Shown here: piece by piece, positions 25,064-37,872 of the stretch
How positions within the stretch are numbered: the stretch's first letter is position 1
Layout: every line of letters starts with the position of its first letter
From: Takakia lepidozioides
Lineage: Eukaryota > Plantae > Bryophyta
Assembly: GCA_030704615.1 (NCBI GenBank)
Contig: CM060733.1
Location: 15,562,001-15,626,000 of the forward strand
Direction of reading: 5' to 3'
Length of the DNA stretch: 64,000 bases
The notes under the pieces: model-generated
What the model saw: only the letters and a program-made list of their open reading frames with translations
The model's database searches: none
What the model was told of the DNA's origin: nothing
Program-made: the position numbers and the translations under genes

Positions 25064-27933
25064 ATGTTGATTCCACTGGCATTCCTGGCGGTGATGGAGG
25101 GAGGTCTGACATTGCTTCTCATCAGCAGGATAGAACCGTTGACGATGCTGGGAAGAGCCGTTTTGGATCTGTTGAAGACCACCAAAGGGGCCGCGATATC
25201 CAAAACCCTAGCTGCGACCTTTGTGGTTCTGCTGGCTTCAGATGTTGCCAGTATCTGCAGAATTCAGAAGCGCATCAGGAATGCGGGCTCCTCACATGCT
25301 GATCAGTTCATCATCCGATCCCAGATGCTGGAAGCCACATTGATTGGTGCGTGTCTACCGAATTACATGAACTTTAAAGCATTTGTTGTATTGATGACCT
25401 AGACCATTAGTCTGCACATCAGGAGATCGGTTATGACATTGTGAAGCATGCTAGCACTGTTGGAGAATGTGGAAACCCTGATAGAGCTGAGGTTTGGAAG
25501 AAGAAATACAAGAGCTTTGAAAGTAATGTAGGGGCATTTTAAGGTTCATCGCAACTTTGTACGCATATCAGCCCGATGTACGGCTAAATTTTCTAGTATG
25601 ACTAAACCTTGGATAGTATTCTTCTTCTTCACATCAGTAATGGAAACTTTCCTTGTTCAACAATGAGCTCAATTTCACTAAAGCTCTTGAGTTCCAACAA
25701 TAGCTATGGAAAGCAAGTTGCGTTATTAACTGTGTCATGGGATACTTTTGCAGTTTTTTATTTGGTTATCAAATTAAGAATAGGAATTGGTTCCGGATAG
25801 GAGCAAAGAAGGAAATGGAGTTTGGAATGATGGAATGAGTCTGCAAGAGGAAATCACCACTGATTCACAAATGAGTAGCTTGCCAAATTTACACAGGCAT
25901 AAGCTTTGCTGTGGGTGTGCAGGATTTTGTCTTTTGCTTGGGCTGGTGGTGGGTAGTTTGCATACATACTTGAAAGAGTTGGAGGGGCTGAAGCGTAACG
26001 TTGATGCTCTTAAGAAGCAGTCTCGAGGTAACATCTCTCTCTTCTAAGATGGACTATTAGGGGTTACATGGAGGGGCTGAAGCGTAACGTTGATGCTCTT
26101 AAGAAGCAGTCTCGAGGTAACATCTCTCTCTTCTAAGATGGACTATTAGGGGTTACATGTCCATTTTTGCTTAGCTGGCTGGATTTCATGAATGAATTGT
26201 TGGTGTGGTGATAATTGTGGAAATGCTGAGCTTAGCAGCGATCCCATGGCAACACGTGCTGCCAGCTCTGTCTATCTCTCTCTTTCTGCTTAAGGAGTGC
26301 ATGTCAGCATGCTCCAAAACAGCCAATGTGGCTGTTTGGGGTGAGTTTGGCATCCCTTCCTTAAGCTCCCGACGAGATGAATTCAAGGTCAGGTGGTGGG
26401 GTCAGTTGCAACACATGTCCAACACCAGATACCCTAAGTTAATCGACTCTATATCTTGGAAACAGGACCGCCCTGTCAAACAGACTAAGTCCTGGCAGAA
26501 GAGAGTAAAAGATTCTCAAGGATCTGAATCTGGACCCGCGAGTCTTGACCTTGCTGGATAAATCTGACTCGTCCAAAGCCATGTCTGTTACCAGAAAATT
26601 GTCTGATGCAAATGAAGTTAGGCAGAAAACTTCCCTGAACCTGTTTCCAGTCTGTGACATGGGGGAGGATATCATGGATGACAGGGTCTACCCACTCTCC
26701 GCACCAGACTGAAATTTAAACTCGGGGCAGGAAGCCAACCTTCGAGCAGTAAACAGAAGCAGAGAGGAAAGGGAGAGTGTAATTGCCCGTTGTGTGGGCA
26801 ACCTGAAGACAATATTCATTTTCTGATTCACTGTCCGGGGTACTCTCACCAGAGAGAAGCTCTCCTCCAATCTATCAAGAGATTTGTGTCTGTACCTCTG
26901 TTTACCAACTTTGAAAGTCTCGAGGCTGAGCCAAAAGCCCAGGCCCTTCTGAGGCCTAGTGTTTGGGCAAATCACACCTAGCAGATTGATGCTTGTGTGA
27001 AGGGATTTCTAGAGGATATCTGGAAAACCCGAATCAATTCTATGTATAAAGGTAAGTCTTACTACCAATGTCAGCCCCTGACAGAGGTAGGTTCTGTCCC
27101 TTTGGTTTCCGCTCAAACTGGGCGCGGGGTCAATGGCCACAAGGCTATGGCAAACAACGTCTTATGAGTACATTCTCTCTTTCTGCTTTCTAATCTCCTG
27201 TAAATTCCAATCCTTAAGAACAATTATTGGATTCCTTGCAACTGGAGTGCCATGGCAACCTCCCACTTTGAGATCACTTGGTCTTATAGCCTTCTACTAT
27301 TGGTGGATGGTTAGTATAGGGTGGTACTCTCAGGCGATATGTCACAGCCAATGTTCATAGCGGCTGGTCTACAAGTACATCATCTCTTCGCTCACTGTCA
27401 CAGTAGATACCAGGTCATAAGCATATCAAATTTCTGAAGGACCTTGGTCAGTAAGCTTGCATTATCTATTTCATTGGTTGTTTATTTCCCAGGTGGTGCT
27501 TCATGACCTTGACGGGCATAAGTATCTCTTAGATCTGATTAGACTGCTCCATGAGCTCCTTCATGGAATGTTCATATTGACTGCAATAATTTTCTTACAA
27601 TTGTTTGCACGTGTAGGTGCCCAAGCTGAGTACCTGCGGCTCCAAAGTGAGCAAAGTCTAAAGGACACAACAGATGAGTCGGCAGCAGAAGTAAAAAGCT
27701 TGAAAGATGTAATATCAGATTTGAGACAAAAATTGGAGAACCTACAGCTGGACACTCAATCAAAGGAGAGAGAGGCCAAGGCTGCCAAAGCTAATGCCCA
27801 AGCGCTAGAGAAGCAAGCTGAAGGGTTTCTTAATGAATACAACCGATTGATGGATGACAACGAGAATCTTCGCAACCAGTTGTCAACGTTTGATCGGAAG
27901 TACGCCAACTCTACCATGAAGAAATACTCGTAG
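25064..27933 (+). CDS. B-cell receptor-associated protein 31-like (BAP29/BAP31) ER membrane protein, 3 exons
   Basis: Exons 25064-25346, 25923-26027 and 27617-27933 with GT-AG sites and consistent phase. TM segments, LEATLIGF, and coiled coil ALEKQAEGFLNEYNRLMDDNENLRNQL. Confidence 0.9.
25980..26157 (+). repeat. Perfect 89-bp tandem duplication spanning the BAP31 exon 2 donor site
   Basis: tggaggggctgaagcgtaacg...tctcgag|gtaac...gggttaca occurs twice. Confidence 0.95.
26292..27173 (+). mobile_element. 5'-truncated LINE in BAP31 intron 2
   Basis: ORF2 C-terminus (CGQPEDNIHFLIHCPGY), family 3' end, and 15-bp TSD tctctctttctgctt (26277-26291 / 27174-27188). Confidence 0.9.
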
Positions 27934-28954
27934 CCATCTCTTGTGTTCTGCAAGGCATTGTCCACTCTTGCATCCCAGTTTTGTCCTCAGCCAGTTCTGG
28001 CCATGGGGTCAATGGTCACATAGCAACATCAAGCAGATTCAAACAAATACTTCTTGTTGTTGTCTCCCTTCCCTAATGAGTTCCTAGACCTTACAACCGG
28101 GAGCTCTACTGAAGTGGAACCAAAGATAGTGGCAAATGACAAGTATGGTGCCCTGGCTACAGAATATGAGGATGAAATGAATGCCAAGTGTAGTAGTTGC
28201 AAAGGGCTGATGTTGAAGCTTGTATTAACACCCATGGCTGGTCGTGTTGGTTGGTGATTGTCTACATGCAACACCTGTTGTGGTGATTTCCCTGGTCTCA
28301 GGAGGAATTTTTTCTGGTAGTTGTGAGTACTAGCCAACACAGGTTGGAGAGTAGCTTTGTACGGTATGTCACTGCATTTTGTGCTCTTTGAGCTTACTGT
28401 AAAGTTGAGGCACAAATACTAGCAGATAGATGCACATGAATCTTTCTCACAGTTCAGTCATACACGAGAGGCAAAGAAGAGTTCTACACCCACGAATAAG
28501 CAAGGGGAAGAGGCTTGTTATGTAGGCTGCCATGCCCAGAAACCATGCCCACTTGCTCATTCAAGTGGATCTGACTAAGCAGCTACCCCTCCTCTTGCCG
28601 TGGACTTACTAACGATGGTCGGTGTTGAGGCGCAGCCCAAAGCATTCTCGTGTGTAGAGTCAAAGAGGCGAGCAGCCAGATCGCTCATCTACAAAGTCAG
28701 ACGTAGTGTCGGGTCCCACGCAGAGCAGAGCAGAGGCCCAGAGGGAATAATACTACATTAACTCGAGGATGGCAGGGGTGTGCTCTGTGCTCCTTGTTTG
28801 ATCATGAGCCCTAGTTTCGAAAGTTGGGATCATGGTCTACCTCAGTGGCTTTTAAGTTTTGGGGGCCACAGGACGACTTGGGGGGCTTCCTGGGGAGTGG
28901 ACCAGTGTTGGGCGGGTATATATGTTGACATATATACCCGGCCCGGCCGGGTAA

Positions 28955-29196
28955 TAATCAGGGTATCATACTATTGAGACCCGCCACCCAAATTTTTGGT
29001 GGACCCGGCTTGAGTTAGAACCGGCTAGGTCCATCTCGCCACTTACCCGGCCCAAGCTAGGGGCCAACTTGGCTTAATCAGGGTATCATACTATTGAGAC
29101 CAGCCACCCAAATTTTTGGTGGACCCGGCTTGAGTTAGAACCGGCTAGGTCCGTCTCCCCACTTACCCGGCCCAAGCTAGGGGCCAACTTGGCTTA
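28955..29196 (+). repeat. Tandem direct repeat, 2 x 120 bp
   Basis: taatcagggtatcatactattgagac...gggccaacttggct occurs twice with 3 mismatches. Confidence 0.95.
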
Positions 29197-29212
29197 TTAC
29201 ACGGAACTGGAC

Positions 29213-29472
29213 CAGCCATTCTTTTAGTGGCGAATAATCGCCAGATTTCGACCTAAAAAAAAAATCGAATATTTTGTCGCAAATCCACTGTTTTCTCATG
29301 GATGAAATCGTCAAATTTCTCCAAATAAAAAATAAATTGTGGATGAATTCACCAAAAATAGATGATATATATGGATGATGGCACATAGGTGGATGAACAG
29401 AATAAATGGCTATTTCTTGCAAAACTCTGTAGCCACTCGTACTATTTTCCAAATTTCTTAAAAAAAACACTG
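29213..29472. mobile_element. hAT-type MITE, copy 2
   Basis: Homologous to 7516-7776. Right end aaaaaacactg. 8-bp TSD aactggac/aaccggac. Confidence 0.8.
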
Positions 29473-30730
29473 AACCGGACTTTAACCTTGAAAATCAGTC
29501 GAGTAATAACTTTTGAACAATACCTTGAGATTTTATTAGAACCTGGCTGCATTCATGGGTAGTAATTATGTAGCCACATGGGTTCGCATTTAAGAGAACG
29601 GTTAGTCAAAGGCTTTTGGAAGAAAAACCCACATATCCAGTTGCAGGACTCCTATTTCTTTTGTTTTTTGTTTTTTTTCCTTTTCTGAACCAATTCTGGT
29701 CCTCTTAATTGTGATTCTTCATATTTCATTTTGTTTCCTTTTATTTATTTATTTTCTTTCTGGTCCTCTTAAAATCTTAATGTATCATAACTGAAAATCA
29801 GGTTATATTGATAACCGTTGTATTGGGATCCGGTGGTGTTCCACTTGGATAACTTGAGAACTTTTTTTTGGGAGACACTTCTATTGATAACCTCTATCCG
29901 CCACAATTTCCAAACCCCTACTTTATATATAACCACCTCCATACCAATTTAATCAAAGATGCCTTACCCGACCCTTCAATATGCCCAAATTGTCATACCC
30001 GACACTGGAGTGGACCCTTGGAGTTGAAGTGCATAATATAGATGGGGCATATTACAATGTACAAAAGTCCACAGGCTGAGCTCACCCTATGCAGTGACGT
30101 ATCGCCTCAAAGCGAATTTACGCGGTGAGGTTGACAGGCTTTTATTTAGCACAGAAATGCCGCTGTCTCTCTCCTCATCTGTTGCCCGATTCGAAAGCTG
30201 CTGGATGTACATGGCCTGTTCTTCCATATTCCGAGATTGCAATATCTCGGTCATATGTGGAGAGAGTTGGATTGTTATTCACAAATCCTGATTGTGGAAC
30301 CTGCCTCAGATGTCACCCGACCCTAGTTTGAAGGGGCAAATGTCAACAGGCTTGACCTTCTAAAAGTCGCGGTTGAGGATCCGCTGGAAACAACGAAACA
30401 ACCCACTATGTAGCTTCAACTAAGTTGACATCTAGGTGACCGCCTCAAAGCTTATCTACAGTGAGGCTGGCAATCGTATATATGCAGCACACTCCTGGGG
30501 TTGCCATTGTGCCAAGCTAGTAATAAGACGTGGAGCCTGTACACGTTAGTAGTAAATTCTCAGTAATTTCGCTGCTCAGCCGCCTCTAGGCTGACTCCCT
30601 CTCTCTACTCTCCAGTTTCTGTCTATAGATACTTATTACTCGAGAAATCCTGCAGAAAGGCAGCCCTCAGTTCAGATTCACAGTGCGGTGTAGACGCTTT
30701 GTTTTGCCAAGAGATTCTGAGCAGGGTATC

Positions 30731-32073
30731 ATGGCCACCAGCAAAATTTCATTCGACAGGTGGGTTCTGCTTCTCAGTCAGCTGATGCTCTTAGGAGTTA
30801 TGCCATGGAGCATGAGAGCAGACTCAGTAAAGGGAGGCTACTGGGAGGCTGGAGTGTCTGCATCGACGAGTCAATTCAATGCAAACTTCAACACGCACAT
30901 ACTCTATGCTTTTGCAGTGATGGATAGCACCTCCTTCAACGTGGGGGCCCCGACTGATGACAACGGGCAAATCAGTAGTTTCACCTCGATAGCCTCCGCC
31001 AGCAATCCTGCCGTTAAAACACTTCTCTCGATTGGGGGCGGAAACTCAAACTCTACGGCGTTTGGTAATATGGTGAGCACGGCAGCCAACCGCAAGGTCT
31101 TCATAAATAGCAGCATTTCTCTAGCCCGTCAGTATGGATTCAACGGCCTCGACCTTGACTGGGAGTACCCAAATTCAGACACAGACACAGCCAATCTGGC
31201 AACTTTCCTAGAGGAATGGAGGGCTGCGGTTGTGTCCGAGTCCCAGAGTTCTGGGAAATCAGAACTCCTTCTTACAGCAGCTGTATACTACCTTCCAACT
31301 TTGATCTACACTGGGCCCGGCACCCAAAAATATCCCATCAGCGCCATCAACAGCTATCTTGATTGGGTAAACATGATGGCGTATGACTATCACGGAGGAT
31401 GGGAAAGCAGTCAAACTGGAGAGCACACTGCCCTCTACGATCCTAATTCGAACCTCAACACCGACTATGGAGTTACAGAATGGCTCAATGCGGGGGTCAA
31501 TGCATCCCGGTTAGTGATGGGTCTTGCGTTCTACGGTCATTCCTGGACACTTTCCAACAGTTCTCAGACAGGTGTTGGGGCTCCAACCAGTGCGGCGGGT
31601 AGTGTCTACATTTACTCGGACATAGTCACCTTCAATCAGGACGCAACTGTTGTGGAGGACAGCACAACTGTATCCGAATACAGTTACAATTCAAGCCTCA
31701 CTTGGATTGGATATGACAACCCCAACACTATAGGGAGCAAAGTACAATATGCTTATGGAAAAAGCCTTCTGGGCTACTTCGCCTGGGCTCTCCATCAAGA
31801 TGACAGCAACTGGTCAATGGCCAAAGCAGGTAAATCAGGCTTAATGAATTATTGTCCTCATATTTCCAGTAGTAGGAACCTCCAACTCTCCTGATCTACC
31901 TATGCTTTGCACAGCATCTTCTAGTCATTGCTGCCCACATACTGGACTTGACGTAAGCACCTAGATTAATCTCGAAAGCGCTCCAAATTTTGCGATCACT
32001 GACACTTTCGCCTCATGAATTCTAACTAAAGTTGTTTGTGCGATTGTGTGTGGTTGCAGCGTATGACGTTTAG
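30731..32073 (+). CDS. Class V (GH18) chitinase, secreted
   Basis: Signal peptide, [17 protein letters not shown], intact catalytic [38 protein letters not shown]. Exon 30731-31829 plus a probable short last exon 32060-32073 (AYDV*). Confidence 0.93.
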
Positions 32074-34189
32074 GCCGATAGATCTATTTCGCACCCTTTG
32101 TGGCAAACTGGCAATTCGTTCGTGCCTCATGTCCAGGACATCGAGAACATGAGATAGTACACGACATCATTTTGACGCATTCAGTGTAGTACGTTCAGTA
32201 AGTCGGCTTCTTAGATTTGGAAGCAAACAAGCATGAGGGTTAAATCGAAATTGAGGAGAACTTCCTAGTATCGATTGCGAGATCACTAAACCTGAAAAAG
32301 TAGGCAGCAAAGGATCAAGATCATAACAGAACTCGGAAAAAATCTTCTCTTGACTGGGAATGTTCCATGCTTCTTCTTCAAGATGTATGAGGCATCTCAG
32401 ATCATTGGACCACGTAAGAGTTTTTGAATCTGAACTACATGACTTCAGTTGTTGGAAGGATTCCACAGGACATTCCATCTCCTACCTATCTGGCAACGAA
32501 TTCCCAAAACTGAAAGTGTTGTCTGCTTCCATAGGAGTCGTCGTTACTTATTTTACAGATCAACGGGCCAGAGCTATTTAGATCTAGGGTTGATAGCAGG
32601 CTAACCTAAAAATACCTGCTAAGGAGGGATGCTACATGGAAGATCCCCTGTGGGCGGGTCAGTACTGTTGCCTCTGTATAGAATGTACCCTAAAAATCAA
32701 AAAGGTAAAGCAGGACGGTGTTCACTAACAGGGAAGACTCTTGATTAGTGCCATACTACAAATTTTTAGGCCGTTTGACTCTAATGCTTAGTTCAAGCAA
32801 GTGCATTTATATGTATATCTCTAACACAAGACTAAGGCCAGGAAGGCATGGAAGGTAAGGTAGGCATGGATTGTTTGTTAACAACTGTTCGAAGGAGCAG
32901 CAATGCCAGGAGAATCCAATTGCTCCCTGCCTTTGATAATTCTTGGGGAAAGGGCGATTCATCTGTTGGAGAACGTCAGACTGATGCTTCGGCATCGTCG
33001 TAGTTTTAGGAAGGGCAAATCCAAGGCCCAGCTTTCTTTTGACCCCCCTAAACGCAACAGAGGCAGTATGTAGGACTTGCTGATTTGCTTCTTAGTGCTT
33101 CCTTGTCATCTTTGCAAGACAGATGATAGCTGGTTTTGTGTTCCAGCAGATCCTATCCTTCTGCTTCTCTGGTTCTCTGCTGCTTACTGTGCTCGGTGCA
33201 GTGTCTCGGTTCTCGTCCTTATGGCTTTGTAAGGTTATTTTTTTCCTTACCTTCAATAAAGTTTAAAAAGGGCTACAATTCCAAAACATAAAATAAAATA
33301 AAAAGACTAAATATCGAGAGAGTACTAATAGACACATGGATTATTGGCGTCTTCCAGCTTGGAATGCCATCACAATAAGGTGAAGCTTTGATATGTAGTT
33401 AGCCATACTTATACCATAGATTACTTCAATTCGGAAAGAAAGGCGTCCAAACTCATTTTGTAAGAGAATATCCCAACCTTGAATTCGTTGTATCCCAAAC
33501 TAAGAATTTGCTTTCCGAACAAGCTTCAAGCATGGATATAGGGTTTTAGGGGCATGAAGTTTATAAGAAATAAAAGTAAGAACCACACAAACATATATCC
33601 CAACATATGTCTAATATCAGATATCTAAAGTTAATCGACTATATATCTTGGAAGGAGGATCTCCCTCAAACAGGCTAAATCCTGGCGGAAGAGAGTAGAA
33701 GAGATTCTCAAGGATCTGATCTAAGCCCGTAAGTCTTGACCCTGCTGGATAAACCTGACTTAGAGGCTGTAGTGTCCAAAGCCATGTCTGTGGCCAGAAA
33801 ATTGTCTGATGAAGTTAGGCAGAAAACTTCCCTGAACTTGTTTCCAGTCTGTGGACATGGGAGAGGATATCATGGATGACCTCAAGGGTTTAGCCACCCT
33901 CGGCACTGGAGAGTCAATTTACTGGCACTGATTTCATTCATAGCACACTGAGGAGGCTCCACATCTACGATGAGCATGTACCGAATCAAGAATAGTTTTC
34001 TGCACTGGCCACTTCTAAGGTCACTGTTCCAGAGACTGTAGAACCAAGAGACTAGCAGAATATTGGACAACCTGGCAGTTTAAAAAGAGAGACAATTTAC
34101 CAAGTAGTAGGAGTACAGCTATGTGAATGCTGCTGTGAGAAATGCTTTGGGCAATCTCTCCTTGAGGAGCTGGAATTGGCCGAACCAAT

Positions 34190-35525
34190 CCTCTCAAGCA
34201 ATTGCTGGCTTCAAGAGTTTACCATGCCCAAATTGAACACCCTCAATCAGCTCAATTGCAATGAAGACAACCCTGCGGTTGGCTGAAGTTTGGTCTCTCC
34301 ATACATCTCCTCTGCAAATGTAATCCTCTGTTTGACATGATAGGAAAGAACAATAAAAAGGTGTTATCGAATAACAACTGCTGCAAAACCTATAGAAGGA
34401 GCTTTCAGGTTCTCGAAATCTTTCTTTTGAGTCTGGACGGTTTTGGTTGAGACTTCGCAAAGAGAGCTACAGAAAGAAAAAGGTTTCAGATTATCAGATG
34501 GACTTGGGAGACTAGAAACATTCTTGGAGGTCTGACATTGGGGCAGTTTAAAGGTAAGCAAGCAGTCAACTCCAATAGATTGTATAAGAGGGTTCTGTCC
34601 TACAAGTAGAAAAACCCAAATCATTTGACCATAAAACCTTGTCTCCATGGTAAAAGATGCGCAGCAATCACATTTGCCATCGGGTACTGCAACCCTGTCA
34701 GCATGCATCTAATCTTCTTCCCATGTTGGTGATGAGTGACCGTAGTTCCATACAACTTCACAAGATTTGGTCTGAACCCCAGGTCTCTTAAACTAGTTGG
34801 TGTGTCGCCCTTTGAAGGAGTGTACAGTAGCTAAAATTATCCGTGGACAATGACATCCCTTGCCTGATGGAATTTTGGCCTTCAATGAGCAAGTAAACAT
34901 TCTCCATGACATTGTGTAGAGCTACAACAAACAAAAAAGGTGAAGAAATCAAGAATGAGACACTGTCAAAGCATACAAGGAAAAACAAGATCACCACAAA
35001 TACAAGCTGGGAATCGACTCACAGTGCTACGGACTTTCATACTGCAAGCCAGGCAGGCAAGATCTGCAAAGGAGCCGTGAAAGTGACTTCAAACAAAAAC
35101 AGAACGAAGCAAGAACATGCCAAACAAGATGTCAAAGATAGTACGGATGACTGTCTGTCAGAGCCTTCTAGGTGGGGAGAAGGTCAAGGAGAAAACTGAA
35201 TCCAGATATTCTAAGAAGCTGCAGAGAAGGGCCAGCCAGTCAGCTGCATGCACAGAAAAGACCAAGTTCAGCAACCAAGAGCATCGTCTCGATAAGGCCA
35301 TGACAGACATGACGAGGAAATTGGACGTAATTACCAGAAGGAGAATCATACACAGCTGGGTCAGAATCTGGATAGATGCCCACCCTCTGCGCTGACAGCA
35401 GACTGATAAAGGATGGGCTGAAGAATGCTGAGACCCACATGAGGGAAGCAGGCCAATAGACCTAGAATTGTGCACAACTGCTTCTGGTTTTCCAGTTGGG
35501 ACAATGTACATGAATGAAACCCTAG
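34190..35525 (-). pseudogene. HNH-endonuclease-like gene remnant, copy 2
   Basis: Exon 34921-34638 is paralogous to 19237-18953, with a 1-bp deletion near 34815. Confidence 0.5.
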
Positions 35526-35734
35526 CAGGTCAGAGGTGGACACAATGAATCATGCAAGAGGAATAAAGCGGCAGAACAAGCATAAGCAAAAAGCAAGGTA
35601 ATGGCAGGTGCAGGCACTATGATACGGAATTGGTCTCTGAAGGCTTTTAGGCCCTTTTTGGCCCCGTTTATAAACACTGATAATCTGTTGCAAGATTTAT
35701 GCTCATTCATTATTTTCCCTCGGACTCTATCCCA

Positions 35735-36725
35735 ATCAGCAAAGCTTTGGGTCTCACTAAATTTTTCCACTGCAGAGGGATTAACACTCAAGTTAAAAGG
35801 ACCGTGCTTGGTACTGTTATAAGGCCGGCCTTGGAGTACGCATCTGCTGCGTGGGTCGACAACTCCAACCATGCTAGAGCCCTAGAATCCATTCAGGCTG
35901 CAGTCCTCAAAGAAAGCATGTCGGCTTGTTCTAGATCAGCTAATCTGGCTGCTCGGGGTGAAGTTGGCATACCTCCCTTAAGCTCTCTACGTGATGAATT
36001 CAAGGTCAGGTTGTGGGGTCAGTTGAATCGCATGCCAACTACCAGATACCCTAAGATAATCGATCTACTTCTTGGAAGCAAGACTGTCCTGTTAACCAGG
36101 CCCAGTCTTGGCGGGAAAAGGTAGATGAGATTTTCAAGTATCTGAATATCAGTCCTGATGAAGTGACCCTACTGGATGAAGCTGACCTGGAGGGGGTTGT
36201 GTCCAAAGCCATGTCTGATGCCCAAAGACTGTCCGATCAAAAGGAACTTAGGCATAAAACTTCCCTGAACTTGTTTCCAGCCTGTGACATGGGCAAGGAC
36301 CTTAAGGATGATCTCAAGGGCCTACCTACCTTTGGCACTAGACTTGAAGTTTAAAGTCGGCAGGAAGCCTAAGATTCTGATACATTGTCCGGGATATCCT
36401 CACCAGAGACTGACCCTCTCCAGGACAATCAAGAACATTGTCTCGGCACCTCAATTCACCAACTTTCAAAATCTTGAGGCTGTAAAGCCCTGGCACCGTA
36501 GGGGTGTCACTTCTGGGCTGCTCACACACAGCAGGTTGATGCTTGTGTGAAGGGCTCCTAGAGGATATCTGGAAAGCCCGAACTATTGTTTGTATCAAGG
36601 TAAGTCATACAACTGGAGTGAGCCCCTCATAAAGGTAGTTTCTGGTCCCTTTTGTTCCTCCAAAACTGGGCGCGGGTCTATGGCCACAAGGCTACGGCAA
36701 ACAAAGTCTTATGAGTACATTCTAT
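35735..36725 (+). mobile_element. 5'-truncated LINE (longest copy in window)
   Basis: VIRPALEYASAAW...ALESIQAAVLK...GIPPLSSLRDEFK is a non-LTR RT C-terminal/thumb signature. Family 3' end present. Confidence 0.88.
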
Positions 36726-37183
36726 CCCCCTCAGCTCTTGGGTCACCACAGACCGCATGCCTGCAATGGAGCAGGTAACTTGGACACTATGAGTTGTAGT
36801 AAAAACATACAGCAGCAAAAAGCAGCCGACATGCAACTGCAACAAATATGCATCAACCTTCATCATACGTGGGTCACCTGTGTGGAGGCCTTCTGGAATC
36901 ACGTAGTTTGCGTTGCTTTGTGGATCTTCCGATTAAACACTTTTACACTTGCAGGATGCAGCCGAAAATCCTGGTAACAGCAGCTGGAGTGATGTCCTTC
37001 CGTCATCACATAATTCCCCTCCATTTCTCTGGAGCTTGACAACAGCAGGGCTCTCCTTATGCATTCTTGCCACATACTTGGAAATTTGGAAAACAATGAA
37101 TAGGATATGGCTTGATCAAGCCTGCAGACAGGCCTGCAATGCTAAGGTAAGGTGCAATCCAGAACCCCAAGCTTCTTGAGCTC

Positions 37184-37271
37184 ATAACAACATTCTTGTT
37201 CTTGCAAAGCATAGGGGCTTTTCAACGGACCCAGATGCACATACCCTTTGCAAGGACAAGAAAGTTGTTAT
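37184..37271. repeat. Inverted repeat/hairpin, 26-bp arms
   Basis: ataacaacattcttgttcttgcaaag (37184-37209) pairs with ctttgcaaggacaagaaagttgttat (37246-37271), 2 differences. Confidence 0.85.
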
Positions 37272-37418
37272 ACAGCTAAATAAGCATGGGGCTTCCCCAT
37301 TCGATTTCTCTTTGCAAGCGAAGCACGTCAACCCCGTCAAGCCCACCGTTTCAATAACCCTTCGTACTTATTCGAACCAGGAAGGAATGGATCGCATAAG
37401 GTCCTCGGGAAATGAAAT

Positions 37419-37597
37419 TTAGAGATGAAACTTCCGGTGAGAACTAGTAGTTATGAGTTCTGCACCTAAAATAATCGAAGTGTTTCTTGGGAAGGCCACC
37501 CCTAGGATGAGAAGACGCAACACACTGACCAGCGGCTATTGTCTCTGTATCAACTCCTCCACGGACTCGTATGAGCTGCTCAGGCGCACAAGAAGGC
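37419..37597 (-). repeat. Inverted copy of a VPS33 exon plus flanking introns (source 44521-44721)
   Basis: Reverse complement matches gctcatacgagtccgtggaggagttgatacagaga...ttcgattatt.caggtgcagaactcataactactagttctcaccggaagtttcatctctaa, with small deletions. Confidence 0.92.
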
Positions 37598-37710
37598 CCC
37601 TCATAAAGGTAGTCACACTACCGGAGTGAGCCTCTCACAAAGGTAGTATCTGTTCCCTATTGTTCCGCCCAAACTGGGCGCGGGGTCTATGGCGACAGAG
37701 CCACGGCAAC
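37598..37710 (+). mobile_element. LINE 3'-UTR fragment
   Basis: tatctgttccctattgttccgcccaaactgggcgcggggtctatgg is closest to the reverse complement of 40540-40640. Confidence 0.8.
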
Positions 37711-37872
37711 CTCCACCTCACTTCTTACCTTGAGTTTAATGTAGATGAGTAAAACATGTTGTGCTGCATGCACACGTCACAGGGCTACCAGTGTTTACTA
37801 AACTTGCTCTGAACAGACCTACTCACCAGATCACTGGACACCTTCTAGCAGGAGAGAGGGAAGCAGGAGAGG

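Larger units (their letters stand above)
33600..37180 (+). repeat. Segmental duplication copy 2
   Basis: See 16252-24685. Lacks the F-box block and two other segments, but retains LINE sequence lost from copy 1. Confidence 0.9.

Noticed and set aside
32167-32581. Possible LRR/NLR fragment (GELPSID, FPKLKVL)
   Set aside because: Too short and broken to support a call.
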